The position numbers and the translations under genes were made by a program. Below, in pieces: positions 1 through 6,901 of a stretch of DNA of 24,000 bases. This stretch comes from Aeromonas phage AS-yj, in the sequence record MF498774.1; one strand, given 5' to 3'. Within the stretch, counting starts at the first letter, position 1. Each line of letters starts with the position of its first letter. Under the pieces are notes generated by a model. The model did no database searches. It worked only from the letters and a program-made list of their open reading frames with translations, and had not been told where the DNA came from.

Positions 1-201
1 CTTGCGCCAGTTAACATCAGTAACCAGATCCTCACGGTCTTTCCCGAAGTTATAACCCTTCCAGCTTTTGATCTGGAACAGACTACGGCGAGTATCGTCA
101 CGGTTGATATTAACCATCTTACCTTGTGACTTTTTGACCATCATTTCAGCCCAAGTACTTTTTCCACTCGAACTAGCGCCGATAGTGATATATGCGTTCA
201 T
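1..201 (-). CDS. pseT: Polynucleotide kinase (T4 PseT/Pnk-like), N-terminal 67 codons, truncated by window edge
   Basis: Open frame absent from the supplied ORF track. It translates as MNAYITIGASSSGKSTWAEMMVKKSQGKMVNINRDDTRRSLFQIKSWKGYNFGKDREDLVTDVNWRK. The P-loop GASSSGKSTW and the NINRDDxR motif match the start of T4 Pnk; no stop before position 1. Confidence 0.88.
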   Translation of the reverse strand, partial: MNAYITIGASSSGKSTWAEMMVKKSQGKMVNINRDDTRRSLFQIKSWKGYNFGKDREDLVTDVNWRK

Positions 202-209
202 ATTTTTCC

Positions 210-395
210 TTAATATTGTTTTATGATGAATCTGATACGATCTTTCATGGCAATCATTTCCCATCGCATCATATTTTTACCATGTTCAGAAATGTAATTC
301 TCAAACATAATATTAGCTTCGATTGTATCAGATTGATACACTTCTGCAACTTTCTGACAGAAGTTTTCGGTCTCTTGGTTTTTGAAAGGTTTCAT
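210..395 (-). CDS. Small hypothetical phage protein (61 aa)
   Basis: ORF in the polycistronic array with a plausible promoter directly upstream. Confidence 0.65.
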   Translation of the reverse strand: MKPFKNQETENFCQKVAEVYQSDTIEANIMFENYISEHGKNMMRWEMIAMKDRIRFIIKQY

Positions 396-422
396 GAAAT
401 CCCCCTTTGTTTCAACAAAAAC

Positions 423-451
423 ATTATCTCACAAAGGCAAAACGAGATCAA
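423..451 (-). promoter_or_regulatory. Candidate sigma70-type promoter
   Basis: Minus strand TTGATC-17 nt-GATAAT upstream of ORF 210..395; the -35 contains the TGA stop of ORF 448. Confidence 0.4.
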
Positions 452-750
452 CAAATTTCATCAATTACACCAAGTTCAACAATTTCGTACTCTTGAAGGG
501 CTTCATACCCTTTACCTGTTTTATAGTATTCTTCAAGTTCTGGATTTTGTGGTTCTGAGTTGTACCAAGGTACATCATGTTCACCAGAAAGAACACGTTC
601 CAGATACCCTACACGGTTTGTAATAAACGGTATGTAACACTCCAGAGAGAAACATGCTTGAACACCATTTTGAAAATCACCCTGTGAACCTACGGTATGG
701 ATACCAACGAAAATTCCTTTAGTCCCTTTCTTACGAAGTGCGTAAAACAT
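448..750 (-). CDS. Hypothetical protein (100 aa)
   Basis: The track ORF 448..789 begins at a GTG only 5 nt from a -10 box. The ATG at 748-750 (MFYALRKKGTK...) is preceded by TAGGAGAAACGAT, a good Shine-Dalgarno. Confidence 0.75.
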   Translation of the reverse strand: MFYALRKKGTKGIFVGIHTVGSQGDFQNGVQACFSLECYIPFITNRVGYLERVLSGEHDVPWYNSEPQNPELEEYYKTGKGYEALQEYEIVELGVIDEIC

Positions 751-760
751 ATCGTTTCTC

Positions 761-1018
761 CTATCTAAGTTGAGAATCTTTACTTCCACGACGATTATAT
801 AATGGTTTCATCTTTTTGTCTAGGTCACTTTGACATTTAACACAAAAATGAACAACCATTATTTTCCTTCTCCCTTCCGGGATCCTATCTCCACATTCTT
901 CACAAAATTCGGACGACATCCCTTTGTGAAATTGAGAACGAGCAAAGTCAATTCCATTGTTGATTGTGGATTCAATAGTTTCCAAATGGTTATCACAACC
1001 ACCAAACCCAACAGCCAT
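761..1018 (-). CDS. DksA/TraR-like C4 zinc-finger protein (85 aa)
   Basis: CEECGDRIPEGRRKIMVVHFCVKCQSDLD matches the CxxCGxxIPExRR...xxCxxCQ pattern of the DksA/TraR family. Confidence 0.85.
   Translation of the reverse strand: MAVGFGGCDNHLETIESTINNGIDFARSQFHKGMSSEFCEECGDRIPEGRRKIMVVHFCVKCQSDLDKKMKPLYNRRGSKDSQLR
794..822 (-). promoter_or_regulatory. Sigma70-type (early) promoter
   Basis: Minus strand TAGACA-17 nt-TATAAT, inside the 3' end of the DksA/TraR-like gene and upstream of ORF 448..750. Confidence 0.62.
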
Positions 1019-1278
1019 TACTTCACCTCTTCCAGAACGTTGGAGAGGAAACTTCCATAATCTGCACCGAAGGTTTCGATACCCTCATCACTCATCGCAA
1101 GAATATAATTTCCACGTTCCCCAAAGTTTGTCCACATCAGTTCATCGAACCAAGCAACCCCTCCATTGTCTGTGCCAAAGTTAGTACAGACAATGATGTC
1201 ATTAAGACAATCCATGTGTTCAACAGCAACACCAAACATAGAAACGATTTTATAAGACTGACCAATTTTAAGTTTCAT
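1018..1278 (-). CDS. Hypothetical protein (86 aa)
   Basis: Upstream sequence AAAAAGGAGATAATTATG gives a strong Shine-Dalgarno; end overlaps the start of the neighbouring ORF. Confidence 0.7.
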   Translation of the reverse strand: MKLKIGQSYKIVSMFGVAVEHMDCLNDIIVCTNFGTDNGGVAWFDELMWTNFGERGNYILAMSDEGIETFGADYGSFLSNVLEEVK

Positions 1279-1310
1279 AATTATCTCCTTTTTGATTTAT
1301 CTTTATTAAA

Positions 1311-1571
1311 TCACATTACATCAATTTGGTCAACAACAAATTTTGGCACCATCACACGATAAACCTCAAAATCCTCAAGTGTGACGTCTCGAATGGTTTT
1401 ACCAAATGTAGACATCGGTTCTTCTGACAAGAAAGGATATCCACGAAGGATAGACCCGCGAAGAATACCAACGACTGTAGGTTGTTCTTCGTAGATGTAC
1501 CCAAGGGCATACTCGTTAACAACTACATAGCGAACTTTACGGATCCCACTATCATCATACCACTTAGCCAT
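1311..1571 (-). CDS. Hypothetical protein (86 aa)
   Basis: Upstream sequence GATAAGGAATAAAACATG gives a good Shine-Dalgarno; fits the operon spacing. Confidence 0.7.
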   Translation of the reverse strand: MAKWYDDSGIRKVRYVVVNEYALGYIYEEQPTVVGILRGSILRGYPFLSEEPMSTFGKTIRDVTLEDFEVYRVMVPKFVVDQIDVM

Positions 1572-1574
1572 GTT

Positions 1575-1682
1575 TTATTCCTTATCAAAATCACCAGACA
1601 GAATTTTTGCAGCCAGAACACAAGAACCATACCACACAAGACCACCAATAGTAAGTACTGATATAGTAATTAGTTCGCTCAT
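1575..1682 (-). CDS. Candidate small membrane protein (35 aa), not in supplied ORF track
   Basis: ATG at 1680-1682 translates MSELITISVLTIGGLVWYGSCVLAAKILSGDFDKE* with one predicted TM helix. It fills the gap between a terminator and the next gene and ends 3 nt before it. Confidence 0.5.
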   Translation of the reverse strand: MSELITISVLTIGGLVWYGSCVLAAKILSGDFDKE

Positions 1683-1706
1683 GTTTTCTAGTCTCCAAAA
1701 AGAAAA

Positions 1707-1732
1707 AGGTCTCATCCCGAAGGACAAGACCT
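1707..1732 (-). terminator. Rho-independent terminator downstream of the transglycosylase gene
   Basis: Minus strand AGGTCTTGTCC-TTCG-GGATGAGACCT followed by TTTTTCTTTTT: 11-bp stem with two G-U pairs and a UUCG tetraloop. Confidence 0.88.
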
Positions 1733-1744
1733 ATTATACTCATA

Positions 1745-2272
1745 TCACTGACGATAGCAACCACAAGATCGTAAAAACTTGATGTTTTTTGCGATCCGTT
1801 CGTAATACTCAATCCCATCAGCACTGTTTGGGTTGTATCCAGCGTTATAGCTTTTAACAACCATTTTCCAGTCGCCATTTCGGATTTTCTTCCAGTACTC
1901 AAGCTCCATAAGTGCATAGTTTGCGGAACTCTCCATACTGTTAATGAGTTCAGACCTTAGCTTTCGCTGTTGTCTCCAACCCATCTTAGCGCCAGTTAGC
2001 TGTTCAACTCGTTTAACCGTATATTTCAGGTTGTTCTGGAACACACCATAATCACCGGTACGATTGTTGATTAAAAATTTACCTGCACGACTCTCGGTAA
2101 GAGCGATTGCAGCCAGTGTAAGCCCATAACCGGAAGACTCTCCCAGCTCATAAGCTCGCTGAATTGTATAAATCTGATTATCCGTTAATTCACGGTTTTC
2201 ATACATAACAGCATTTGCCGATATCGACGTTAGAAGTAGGAGGAGCCCTACTAATATACTACCACTTTTCAT
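1745..2272 (-). CDS. Secreted soluble lytic transglycosylase/lysozyme-like protein (175 aa)
   Basis: N-terminal signal peptide MKSGSILVGLLLLLTSISANA. SLT-type features: ALTESRAGKFLINNRTGDYGVFQNN and VVKSYNAGYN. Confidence 0.75.
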   Translation of the reverse strand: MKSGSILVGLLLLLTSISANAVMYENRELTDNQIYTIQRAYELGESSGYGLTLAAIALTESRAGKFLINNRTGDYGVFQNNLKYTVKRVEQLTGAKMGWRQQRKLRSELINSMESSANYALMELEYWKKIRNGDWKMVVKSYNAGYNPNSADGIEYYERIAKNIKFLRSCGCYRQ

Positions 2273-2348
2273 CTTCGATCCTTTTTAGTGGAAGGGGTGA
2301 ATTGTGGACTTTCTAACACTCATCTAAAAAACAAGCAAAGCCCAAAGT

Positions 2349-2377
2349 AGTATTTATGGTTTATAAAGCATTGTCAA
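2349..2377 (-). promoter_or_regulatory. Candidate composite promoter upstream of the transglycosylase gene
   Basis: Minus strand TTGACA-17 nt-AATACT overlapping a near-late motif CATAAATA (2351-2358). Confidence 0.35.
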
Positions 2378-2621
2378 ATTGTTTTATCAAATCCATAACC
2401 CAGTCTGGGCGAATCTCGCTATGGTAAACCGTTTTTATGTACGTCCTAAAAGCTTTTTGACGTTTCTCCGTAGTCTTATACCTACCCCATAACAATATAC
2501 ATTCACCTAAACATACAAGTTCTCGATTAGTTAGTTTTGCTCTGGCATCATACAAGACATCCAGTATTTTGTTAGAGTCAACTTGACTGCTCATAATATA
2601 TCCTTTTAGTTTCAAGTGCAA
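2361..2621 (-). CDS. Hypothetical protein (about 77-86 aa)
   Basis: ORF with an internal start MSSQVDSNKILDVLYDAR preceded by AAAAGGATATATTATG. A late-type promoter motif lies upstream. Confidence 0.65.
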   Translation of the reverse strand: MHLKLKGYIMSSQVDSNKILDVLYDARAKLTNRELVCLGECILLWGRYKTTEKRQKAFRTYIKTVYHSEIRPDWVMDLIKQFDNAL

Positions 2622-2644
2622 TCAAAGTATAAAATCTCTATAAG

Positions 2645-2652
2645 TATTTATA
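2645..2652 (-). promoter_or_regulatory. Candidate T4-type late promoter TATAAATA
   Basis: Exact T4 late -10 consensus TATAAATA on the minus strand in intergenic sequence, just upstream of ORF 2361..2621. Confidence 0.55.
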
Positions 2653-2675
2653 TAGAAGATCTATAATTAGAAAGA

Positions 2676-2721
2676 GTGAGCGAAGCGAACAGGCGGCTAC
2701 GCCGTCTCACTACGTTCGAAC
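2676..2721. repeat. GC-rich nested/competing inverted-repeat element
   Basis: gtgagcgaagcgaacaggcggctacgccgtctcactacgttcgaac contains three pairings: GTGAG/CTCAC, GGCG-gcta-CGCC and CGAAC/GTTCG. It sits in an otherwise very AT-rich segment. Confidence 0.6.
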
Positions 2722-2888
2722 ATCTTTTCACATTCTTTATCAAACTCACTATTTTTATTCTTATTTGTAATAAAATTGTATAGATTTGATTGACCAATAA
2801 TCCATTTTGTATAAGAACATAATTTGTAACTATACACATAAAATTTACAAGGGTCGCCATGCAAAGAGAAATTTTTAGTTTTAGTCAT
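2697..2888 (-). CDS. Possible small AT-rich ORF (63 aa), uncertain
   Basis: ATG overlaps the upstream TGA stop (ATGA) with AGGTG upstream. Codon composition and the stop inside a palindromic element make it doubtful. Confidence 0.35.
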   Translation of the reverse strand: MTKTKNFSLHGDPCKFYVYSYKLCSYTKWIIGQSNLYNFITNKNKNSEFDKECEKMFERSETA

Positions 2889-3400
2889 TCTGCGTCACCT
2901 GTCATCATAGCAACCTTTTCGATTACGCTTGCAGCCTTCTCAATGTTCAGACCTGAGATGATGCAGTTATTCTCACGGCCTGTTTCATATTTGACCTTCA
3001 TTCCGGTGTAACGTGCTACCTGTTCACCGGTCATGTCTGGGTGATGGAAGCGAACGATAACGTCAGAATCCAGACTCTTACCAAGGACAATATAGAAATG
3101 GATTTCGTTGAGGATGACGTTCGGCATGGTTTTGTTTTTCCATACCTTCGCCTCCGAGAGAGAGTTTTGAAGAATGTCGATGGCCGCAGGAACAAGGTCA
3201 TTTAGTTCTGCTTCTCGCTGTGCTTTTTTGGCCTGACGTTCGAATTTTTTCAGTCGGTTTTCTACGTCGATTTTGAGATCAAACAAATTACCAAGGATCG
3301 TACCTGTAGGTTTGTGAAGAAAATCACCAGAGAGTTTCATGGTAACTTCTTGTTCGTTCCAACCGTAGGCTTTGCAAAAATCAGAAGTGGTAAAGCTCAT
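2885..3400 (-). CDS. Hypothetical protein (171 aa)
   Basis: Long open frame in the operon with AAAAGAGAGAAATAATATG upstream. Confidence 0.75.
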   Translation of the reverse strand: MSFTTSDFCKAYGWNEQEVTMKLSGDFLHKPTGTILGNLFDLKIDVENRLKKFERQAKKAQREAELNDLVPAAIDILQNSLSEAKVWKNKTMPNVILNEIHFYIVLGKSLDSDVIVRFHHPDMTGEQVARYTGMKVKYETGRENNCIISGLNIEKAASVIEKVAMMTGDAE

Positions 3401-3430
3401 ATTATTTCTCTCTTTTGTTTTGATAGGGGT

Positions 3431-3459
3431 ATAATCTCATACCCCGAAATTGAAGTCAA
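3431..3459 (-). promoter_or_regulatory. Candidate host sigma70-type promoter
   Basis: Minus strand TTGACT-17 nt-GATTAT; the -35 overlaps the TGA stop at 3456-3458. A 7-bp GGGGTAT/ATACCCC inverted repeat (3426-3445) overlaps the -10. Confidence 0.4.
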
Positions 3460-3791
3460 TTGTTCTTTTGGTTTTTTGTGAATTCTTTGATGGATTCGAC
3501 ACTCACACCAAAATTAAACAACTCCTTGTGGTTATCAAATTCACAATCAAAACCACGAAGGTTCGCTTGATTGATAATTTCAACCAATACAAGGTTTTTA
3601 TCAAATTCAACTGTTTTTGGAATTCTGGCAGAAATAAAATCACACACCACCGAATATTTAATGGTTCCAATCAGAGAACGACGATTGAGCATATCCCGAA
3701 TTACAGCATTCAGTATTTCCTCAACAATCTCATCTGTACTATGCTTGTTCCGAATGGTAATTTCTGTCAGTAAATCTTTTGCGTCATACAT
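3456..3791 (-). CDS. Hypothetical protein (111 aa)
   Basis: Better start than the track: ATG (MYDAKDLLTEI...) preceded by GGAGGTTGGAA. Overlaps the upstream gene by 8 nt. Confidence 0.7.
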   Translation of the reverse strand: MYDAKDLLTEITIRNKHSTDEIVEEILNAVIRDMLNRRSLIGTIKYSVVCDFISARIPKTVEFDKNLVLVEIINQANLRGFDCEFDNHKELFNFGVSVESIKEFTKNQKNN

Positions 3792-4047
3792 TTCCAACCT
3801 CCAATTCCAAAAAACCTTTCTCATCAAGGATTTTACATGCGTCGATTACAACAACGTAATCCATAGCACAACAAACCGGTGTCCCATATACCGAGCTGTA
3901 GTAAACAACATCTTTCAATAGCCCCGGAAGGTTGTTTCCGTAGATATCTTTCAACGGAGAAATAATTTTTCCTTGGAGATGAGGTTTACATGCCAACATC
4001 AACCGATCCGCACAACGCCCTGCTTCGTTCCAACTTACATTTTTCAT
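3784..4047 (-). CDS. Hypothetical protein (87 aa)
   Basis: ORF within the operon; GAGGAAATCCTG upstream of ATG. Confidence 0.7.
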   Translation of the reverse strand: MKNVSWNEAGRCADRLMLACKPHLQGKIISPLKDIYGNNLPGLLKDVVYYSSVYGTPVCCAMDYVVVIDACKILDEKGFLELEVGNV

Positions 4048-4059
4048 CAGGATTTCCTC

Positions 4060-4836
4060 TTATTTCCCAAACCACATTTTACACAGTTTATACTGATTTT
4101 CAACTGTTTCAAGACGACCTTTACCATAGTCACGATTGAAAGAGCCCCAACGGTTAGAACCACTTTCCCAGATTTTGATGGCCTTCTTTGTAGGTGCCCG
4201 CATCATGATTCCAGATGGAGCCATTACCTTTGATTCTTTTTTCGCGATGATCGTCTCGCCTTCCAGATAATGGTCGTATCCGTCGGGAATTGAGTCCATT
4301 ACAGTCCCCGAAAGAAGATGTTCCTTCTTAATCTCAAAGGCACCACCACCACAAGTAAACGGCTTGTCGTAATTTTTACCTTGAATGACCATATGGGTGC
4401 TATTTGTAACAGTTACTTTACCATACCCCGGAACCATGTAAACCACATGCCCACGACCAGCAACCGGGAGACTATGACGGGATACACCATCACAACCAAG
4501 AGATTTTGCAATCCGTTCCCACACACGATCATGGTTACTTTTACCACGAGTAACATAATCAACAAGGTGTGCAATTTCGTGAGGGATTGTGTTGTGGAAA
4601 ATATGATTCCACTCATTCATCCCTTGCACCATCAAATTGATGTTAATCTTGATAGTGTACTCTGTATCGCTCCATCCTTTATTGGTGTAACTGGCGATAC
4701 CTGCACAGCGACCTGTACATTCTTTAAACGTATACTTAAAGCCAGCCATTTCGGGGTAGAGTGTCTTTGCAATTTCCACGACTTCTGCAATCCGTTTCTC
4801 AACAATCACTCGGGCTTGGCTCTTAATCAAAGACAT
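4060..4836 (-). CDS. SprT-like zinc metalloprotease (258 aa)
   Basis: Zincin motif HEIAH in IFHNTIPHEIAHLVDYVTRGKSNHDRVWERIAKSLG, with a downstream HD...W arrangement typical of SprT-like domains. Confidence 0.82.
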   Translation of the reverse strand: MSLIKSQARVIVEKRIAEVVEIAKTLYPEMAGFKYTFKECTGRCAGIASYTNKGWSDTEYTIKININLMVQGMNEWNHIFHNTIPHEIAHLVDYVTRGKSNHDRVWERIAKSLGCDGVSRHSLPVAGRGHVVYMVPGYGKVTVTNSTHMVIQGKNYDKPFTCGGGAFEIKKEHLLSGTVMDSIPDGYDHYLEGETIIAKKESKVMAPSGIMMRAPTKKAIKIWESGSNRWGSFNRDYGKGRLETVENQYKLCKMWFGK

Positions 4837-4864
4837 CTATATTTCCTCTCATCAGTTGATATGA

Positions 4865-4895
4865 GTATACTACATCAAAATTTATATCGGGTCAA
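4865..4895 (-). promoter_or_regulatory. Candidate sigma70-type promoter upstream of the SprT-like gene
   Basis: Minus strand TTGACC (4890-4895) with TATACT (4865-4870, spacer 19) or TAGTAT (4867-4872, spacer 17). Confidence 0.4.
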
Positions 4896-5175
4896 CAGTT
4901 TTATTTCCAAAAACGCCAGAAGGGTCAAAAATCTTTTTGTCGACCTCTTCTTTCAACTCGTCGTACCCAACCCCGGTAACAAATTGGCTCATGGGATCGG
5001 TTGCAAAGATGATAGAATCGTCAATAAAGTATTTGTAATGGTTGAAATCCATATACAGTTGTGACTTGGCAAGAGACACGATGAAATCAGCTATAGTTTG
5101 TTTGTTAGCACAACCACTCATAATAAAAGCATTGACCACATTTCGATTTTGAGATTTGGATAGGCGATGACTCAT
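4882..5175 (-). CDS. Hypothetical protein (97 aa)
   Basis: ORF with 4-nt ATGA overlap with its upstream neighbour. Confidence 0.65.
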   Translation of the reverse strand: MSHRLSKSQNRNVVNAFIMSGCANKQTIADFIVSLAKSQLYMDFNHYKYFIDDSIIFATDPMSQFVTGVGYDELKEEVDKKIFDPSGVFGNKTVDPI

Positions 5176-5426
5176 CGTACCACCTTAACCACACGAGGGT
5201 CGTTGTAAATACTGTAATTACTACCTTCTTGGTCTTCTCTCCAAGTCTTCAAGCAATCTTCACACTCGATATCGTACCAATATAAATCAAATCCATCCCA
5301 GTTTCCGGTATTGGAACCTAGTTTCAGGATAACCGCGTTATGTTGGCATTTAGACCGAAGTTCTTCTATTTGACTGCGAAGTTCTTCAATCTTCTTCAAT
5401 TTTGCAATAATTTTTACTCGACTCAT
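5172..5426 (-). CDS. Hypothetical protein (84 aa), coiled-coil N-terminus
   Basis: ORF tightly coupled to neighbours; KIIAKLKKIEELRSQIEELRSK. Confidence 0.65.
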   Translation of the reverse strand: MSRVKIIAKLKKIEELRSQIEELRSKCQHNAVILKLGSNTGNWDGFDLYWYDIECEDCLKTWREDQEGSNYSIYNDPRVVKVVR

Positions 5427-5593
5427 AGTAATTCCAGATCTGCATCAGAGTGAATTTCAAACTCTTTATCACAGAAGTCACAAGTTGTAGTTTGTCCTCG
5501 TGGGTCTACATACCAACCATCCAGTTCCTTATTGCAATGCGGGCATACCACATAAACACCACACAATTTAACACCAATTTCAGTTACTTTCAT
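5423..5593 (-). CDS. Small zinc-ribbon protein (56 aa)
   Basis: CPHCNKELDGWYVDPRGQTTTCDFCDKEF. Start at MKVTEIG is preceded by GAAGGAAAATATA. Confidence 0.72.
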   Translation of the reverse strand: MKVTEIGVKLCGVYVVCPHCNKELDGWYVDPRGQTTTCDFCDKEFEIHSDADLELL

Positions 5594-5604
5594 TATATTT
5601 TCCT

Positions 5605-6171
5605 TCATACATATTGTTTTAAAGTTTCAACCATAGCATAACCATGCCAAGAGATTTCTGCAACCTCTTTTTCGTATTTTTTCAGATTTTCTTGATTGAA
5701 CCAATATTCATTCCGTTCGCACACAGGAACACAAACACCCATCTTTTCAAGTCGATTGAAATAGGTTTCGCAACAGAAAGGAACAAATCCACGTTTTAAC
5801 CATACGATCCGACCATCAAGAATCGCAGACGTAACGACTTTTGTTATACCAAGTGCCTCGCATATGTCGATAGTACAACGGAACATATGTTTAACAAGTC
5901 CTTTCCCTTGGAATTCTTCCCCAAGGGAAAATGTGTCGTGCTCATAATGACCAGTACGTAGGTTAACAACTCGGATCATACTGAGTTTCTTTCCACAGGA
6001 CAAAGAGAATTCGTATTGGTTCCCTTCATATTGAGTAACAAGAAGTTCCATATTTGAATCGTCGATTATTTTAGATGCAACAACCGCAAATTTTGTGAAA
6101 TGTTTAACAACAATGTCAACGCCTTTGCAATGTTCAAAGCTGGTGTAATCGCATTCATATGAAACTTTCAT
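5605..6171 (-). CDS. GNAT-family N-acetyltransferase-like protein (188 aa)
   Basis: Acetyl-CoA-binding-like motif A: LGEEFQGKGLVKHMFRCTIDICEALGITKVVTSAI...WLKRGFVP. Confidence 0.68.
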   Translation of the reverse strand: MKVSYECDYTSFEHCKGVDIVVKHFTKFAVVASKIIDDSNMELLVTQYEGNQYEFSLSCGKKLSMIRVVNLRTGHYEHDTFSLGEEFQGKGLVKHMFRCTIDICEALGITKVVTSAILDGRIVWLKRGFVPFCCETYFNRLEKMGVCVPVCERNEYWFNQENLKKYEKEVAEISWHGYAMVETLKQYV

Positions 6172-6201
6172 TGTACTACCTCAGAACAGTTGATAACCAT
6201 G

Positions 6202-6229
6202 ATTATAATCTAACGGCTATGGGAGTCAA
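6202..6229 (-). promoter_or_regulatory. Host sigma70-type (early) promoter
   Basis: Minus strand TTGACT-16 nt-TATAAT, placed 30 nt upstream of the GNAT-like gene. The -35 overlaps the stop of the preceding gene. Confidence 0.68.
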
Positions 6230-6483
6230 CTATAATCGAACAAAAATTCTTTTACTTCGTCTGGCTTGAAAATCAAACCATCTTCTGTTTCAAAATACCA
6301 GTTGTTGCCGTGTCCCTGTTCCCAGTTTAAGGTAACAAGGAAGACATCTTTATAATGTGGTGGTTCTCCAAGATCTTTTGTGCGAATCACCAGTTGTGCA
6401 TCATATTCCATATAGATGACATCACACATATACTCACGAAAAGGTTTCCAACCCAAAGAGTCGTAGTATTCGATCATATCCAT
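6226..6483 (-). CDS. Hypothetical protein (85 aa)
   Basis: Start ATG (MDMIEYYDSLGW...) preceded by AGAGGAATAACAATT. Confidence 0.7.
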   Translation of the reverse strand: MDMIEYYDSLGWKPFREYMCDVIYMEYDAQLVIRTKDLGEPPHYKDVFLVTLNWEQGHGNNWYFETEDGLIFKPDEVKEFLFDYS

Positions 6484-6488
6484 AATTG

Positions 6489-6602
6489 TTATTCCTCTTC
6501 TGTTGTGCAGTATTCGCACACATCGTCGATACCACCATCAAGGGCACCGCCACATTCAGGGCAAAAACATACTGGTTGATAAATGATATCGATGATTTCC
6601 AT
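6489..6602 (-). CDS. Small zinc-ribbon protein (37 aa), missed by the ORF track
   Basis: ATG at 6600-6602 with GAGGGAATAATT upstream. Translates MEIIDIIYQPVCFCPECGGALDGGIDDVCEYCTTEEE*. More credible than the overlapping 6486..6689 frame. Confidence 0.68.
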   Translation of the reverse strand: MEIIDIIYQPVCFCPECGGALDGGIDDVCEYCTTEEE

Positions 6603-6604
6603 AA

Positions 6605-6901
6605 TTATTCCCTCAGTGATTTGATTAATTCAATAATCTCTCGTTCTCCGTCAGCTTGCTTGATAAGGTTCTCAGCCTGCCAACGGTAACTCTCTTCTGT
6701 ATCAATACACCTAGAGTACACCTTAGAGATCCATTGGTCAATACCTTTTTTATAAGTTTTTTCATAATCATTGCACTGACCTAGTTCTATCTTCTCCCCG
6801 TTAATAACCGCCACCAGATAATAACGACTACACCGGATTACAGAAAATGGGCCTTTGGTTTCAATTAGCTTGCCGTTTTTGTATTCTTGAAAAATTTTCA
6901 T
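6605..6901 (-). CDS. Hypothetical protein (98 aa)
   Basis: ORF with 4-nt overlap with its upstream neighbour. Confidence 0.68.
   Translation of the reverse strand: MKIFQEYKNGKLIETKGPFSVIRCSRYYLVAVINGEKIELGQCNDYEKTYKKGIDQWISKVYSRCIDTEESYRWQAENLIKQADGEREIIELIKSLRE

Noticed and set aside
192-623. 143-aa plus-strand ORF
   Set aside because: Antisense to two operon genes and a promoter; His/Phe-rich shadow frame.
1591-1917. 108-aa minus ORF
   Set aside because: Overlaps the transglycosylase gene and reads through a strong terminator hairpin; the 35-aa frame 1575..1682 fits better.
4318-5064. 248-aa plus-strand ORF
   Set aside because: Antisense to the SprT-like gene and its neighbour; low-complexity, Thr/Asn-rich shadow translation.
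6486-6689. 67-aa minus ORF
   Set aside because: Conflicts with the RBS-supported zinc-ribbon frame at 6489..6602 and with the end of ORF 6605..6901.
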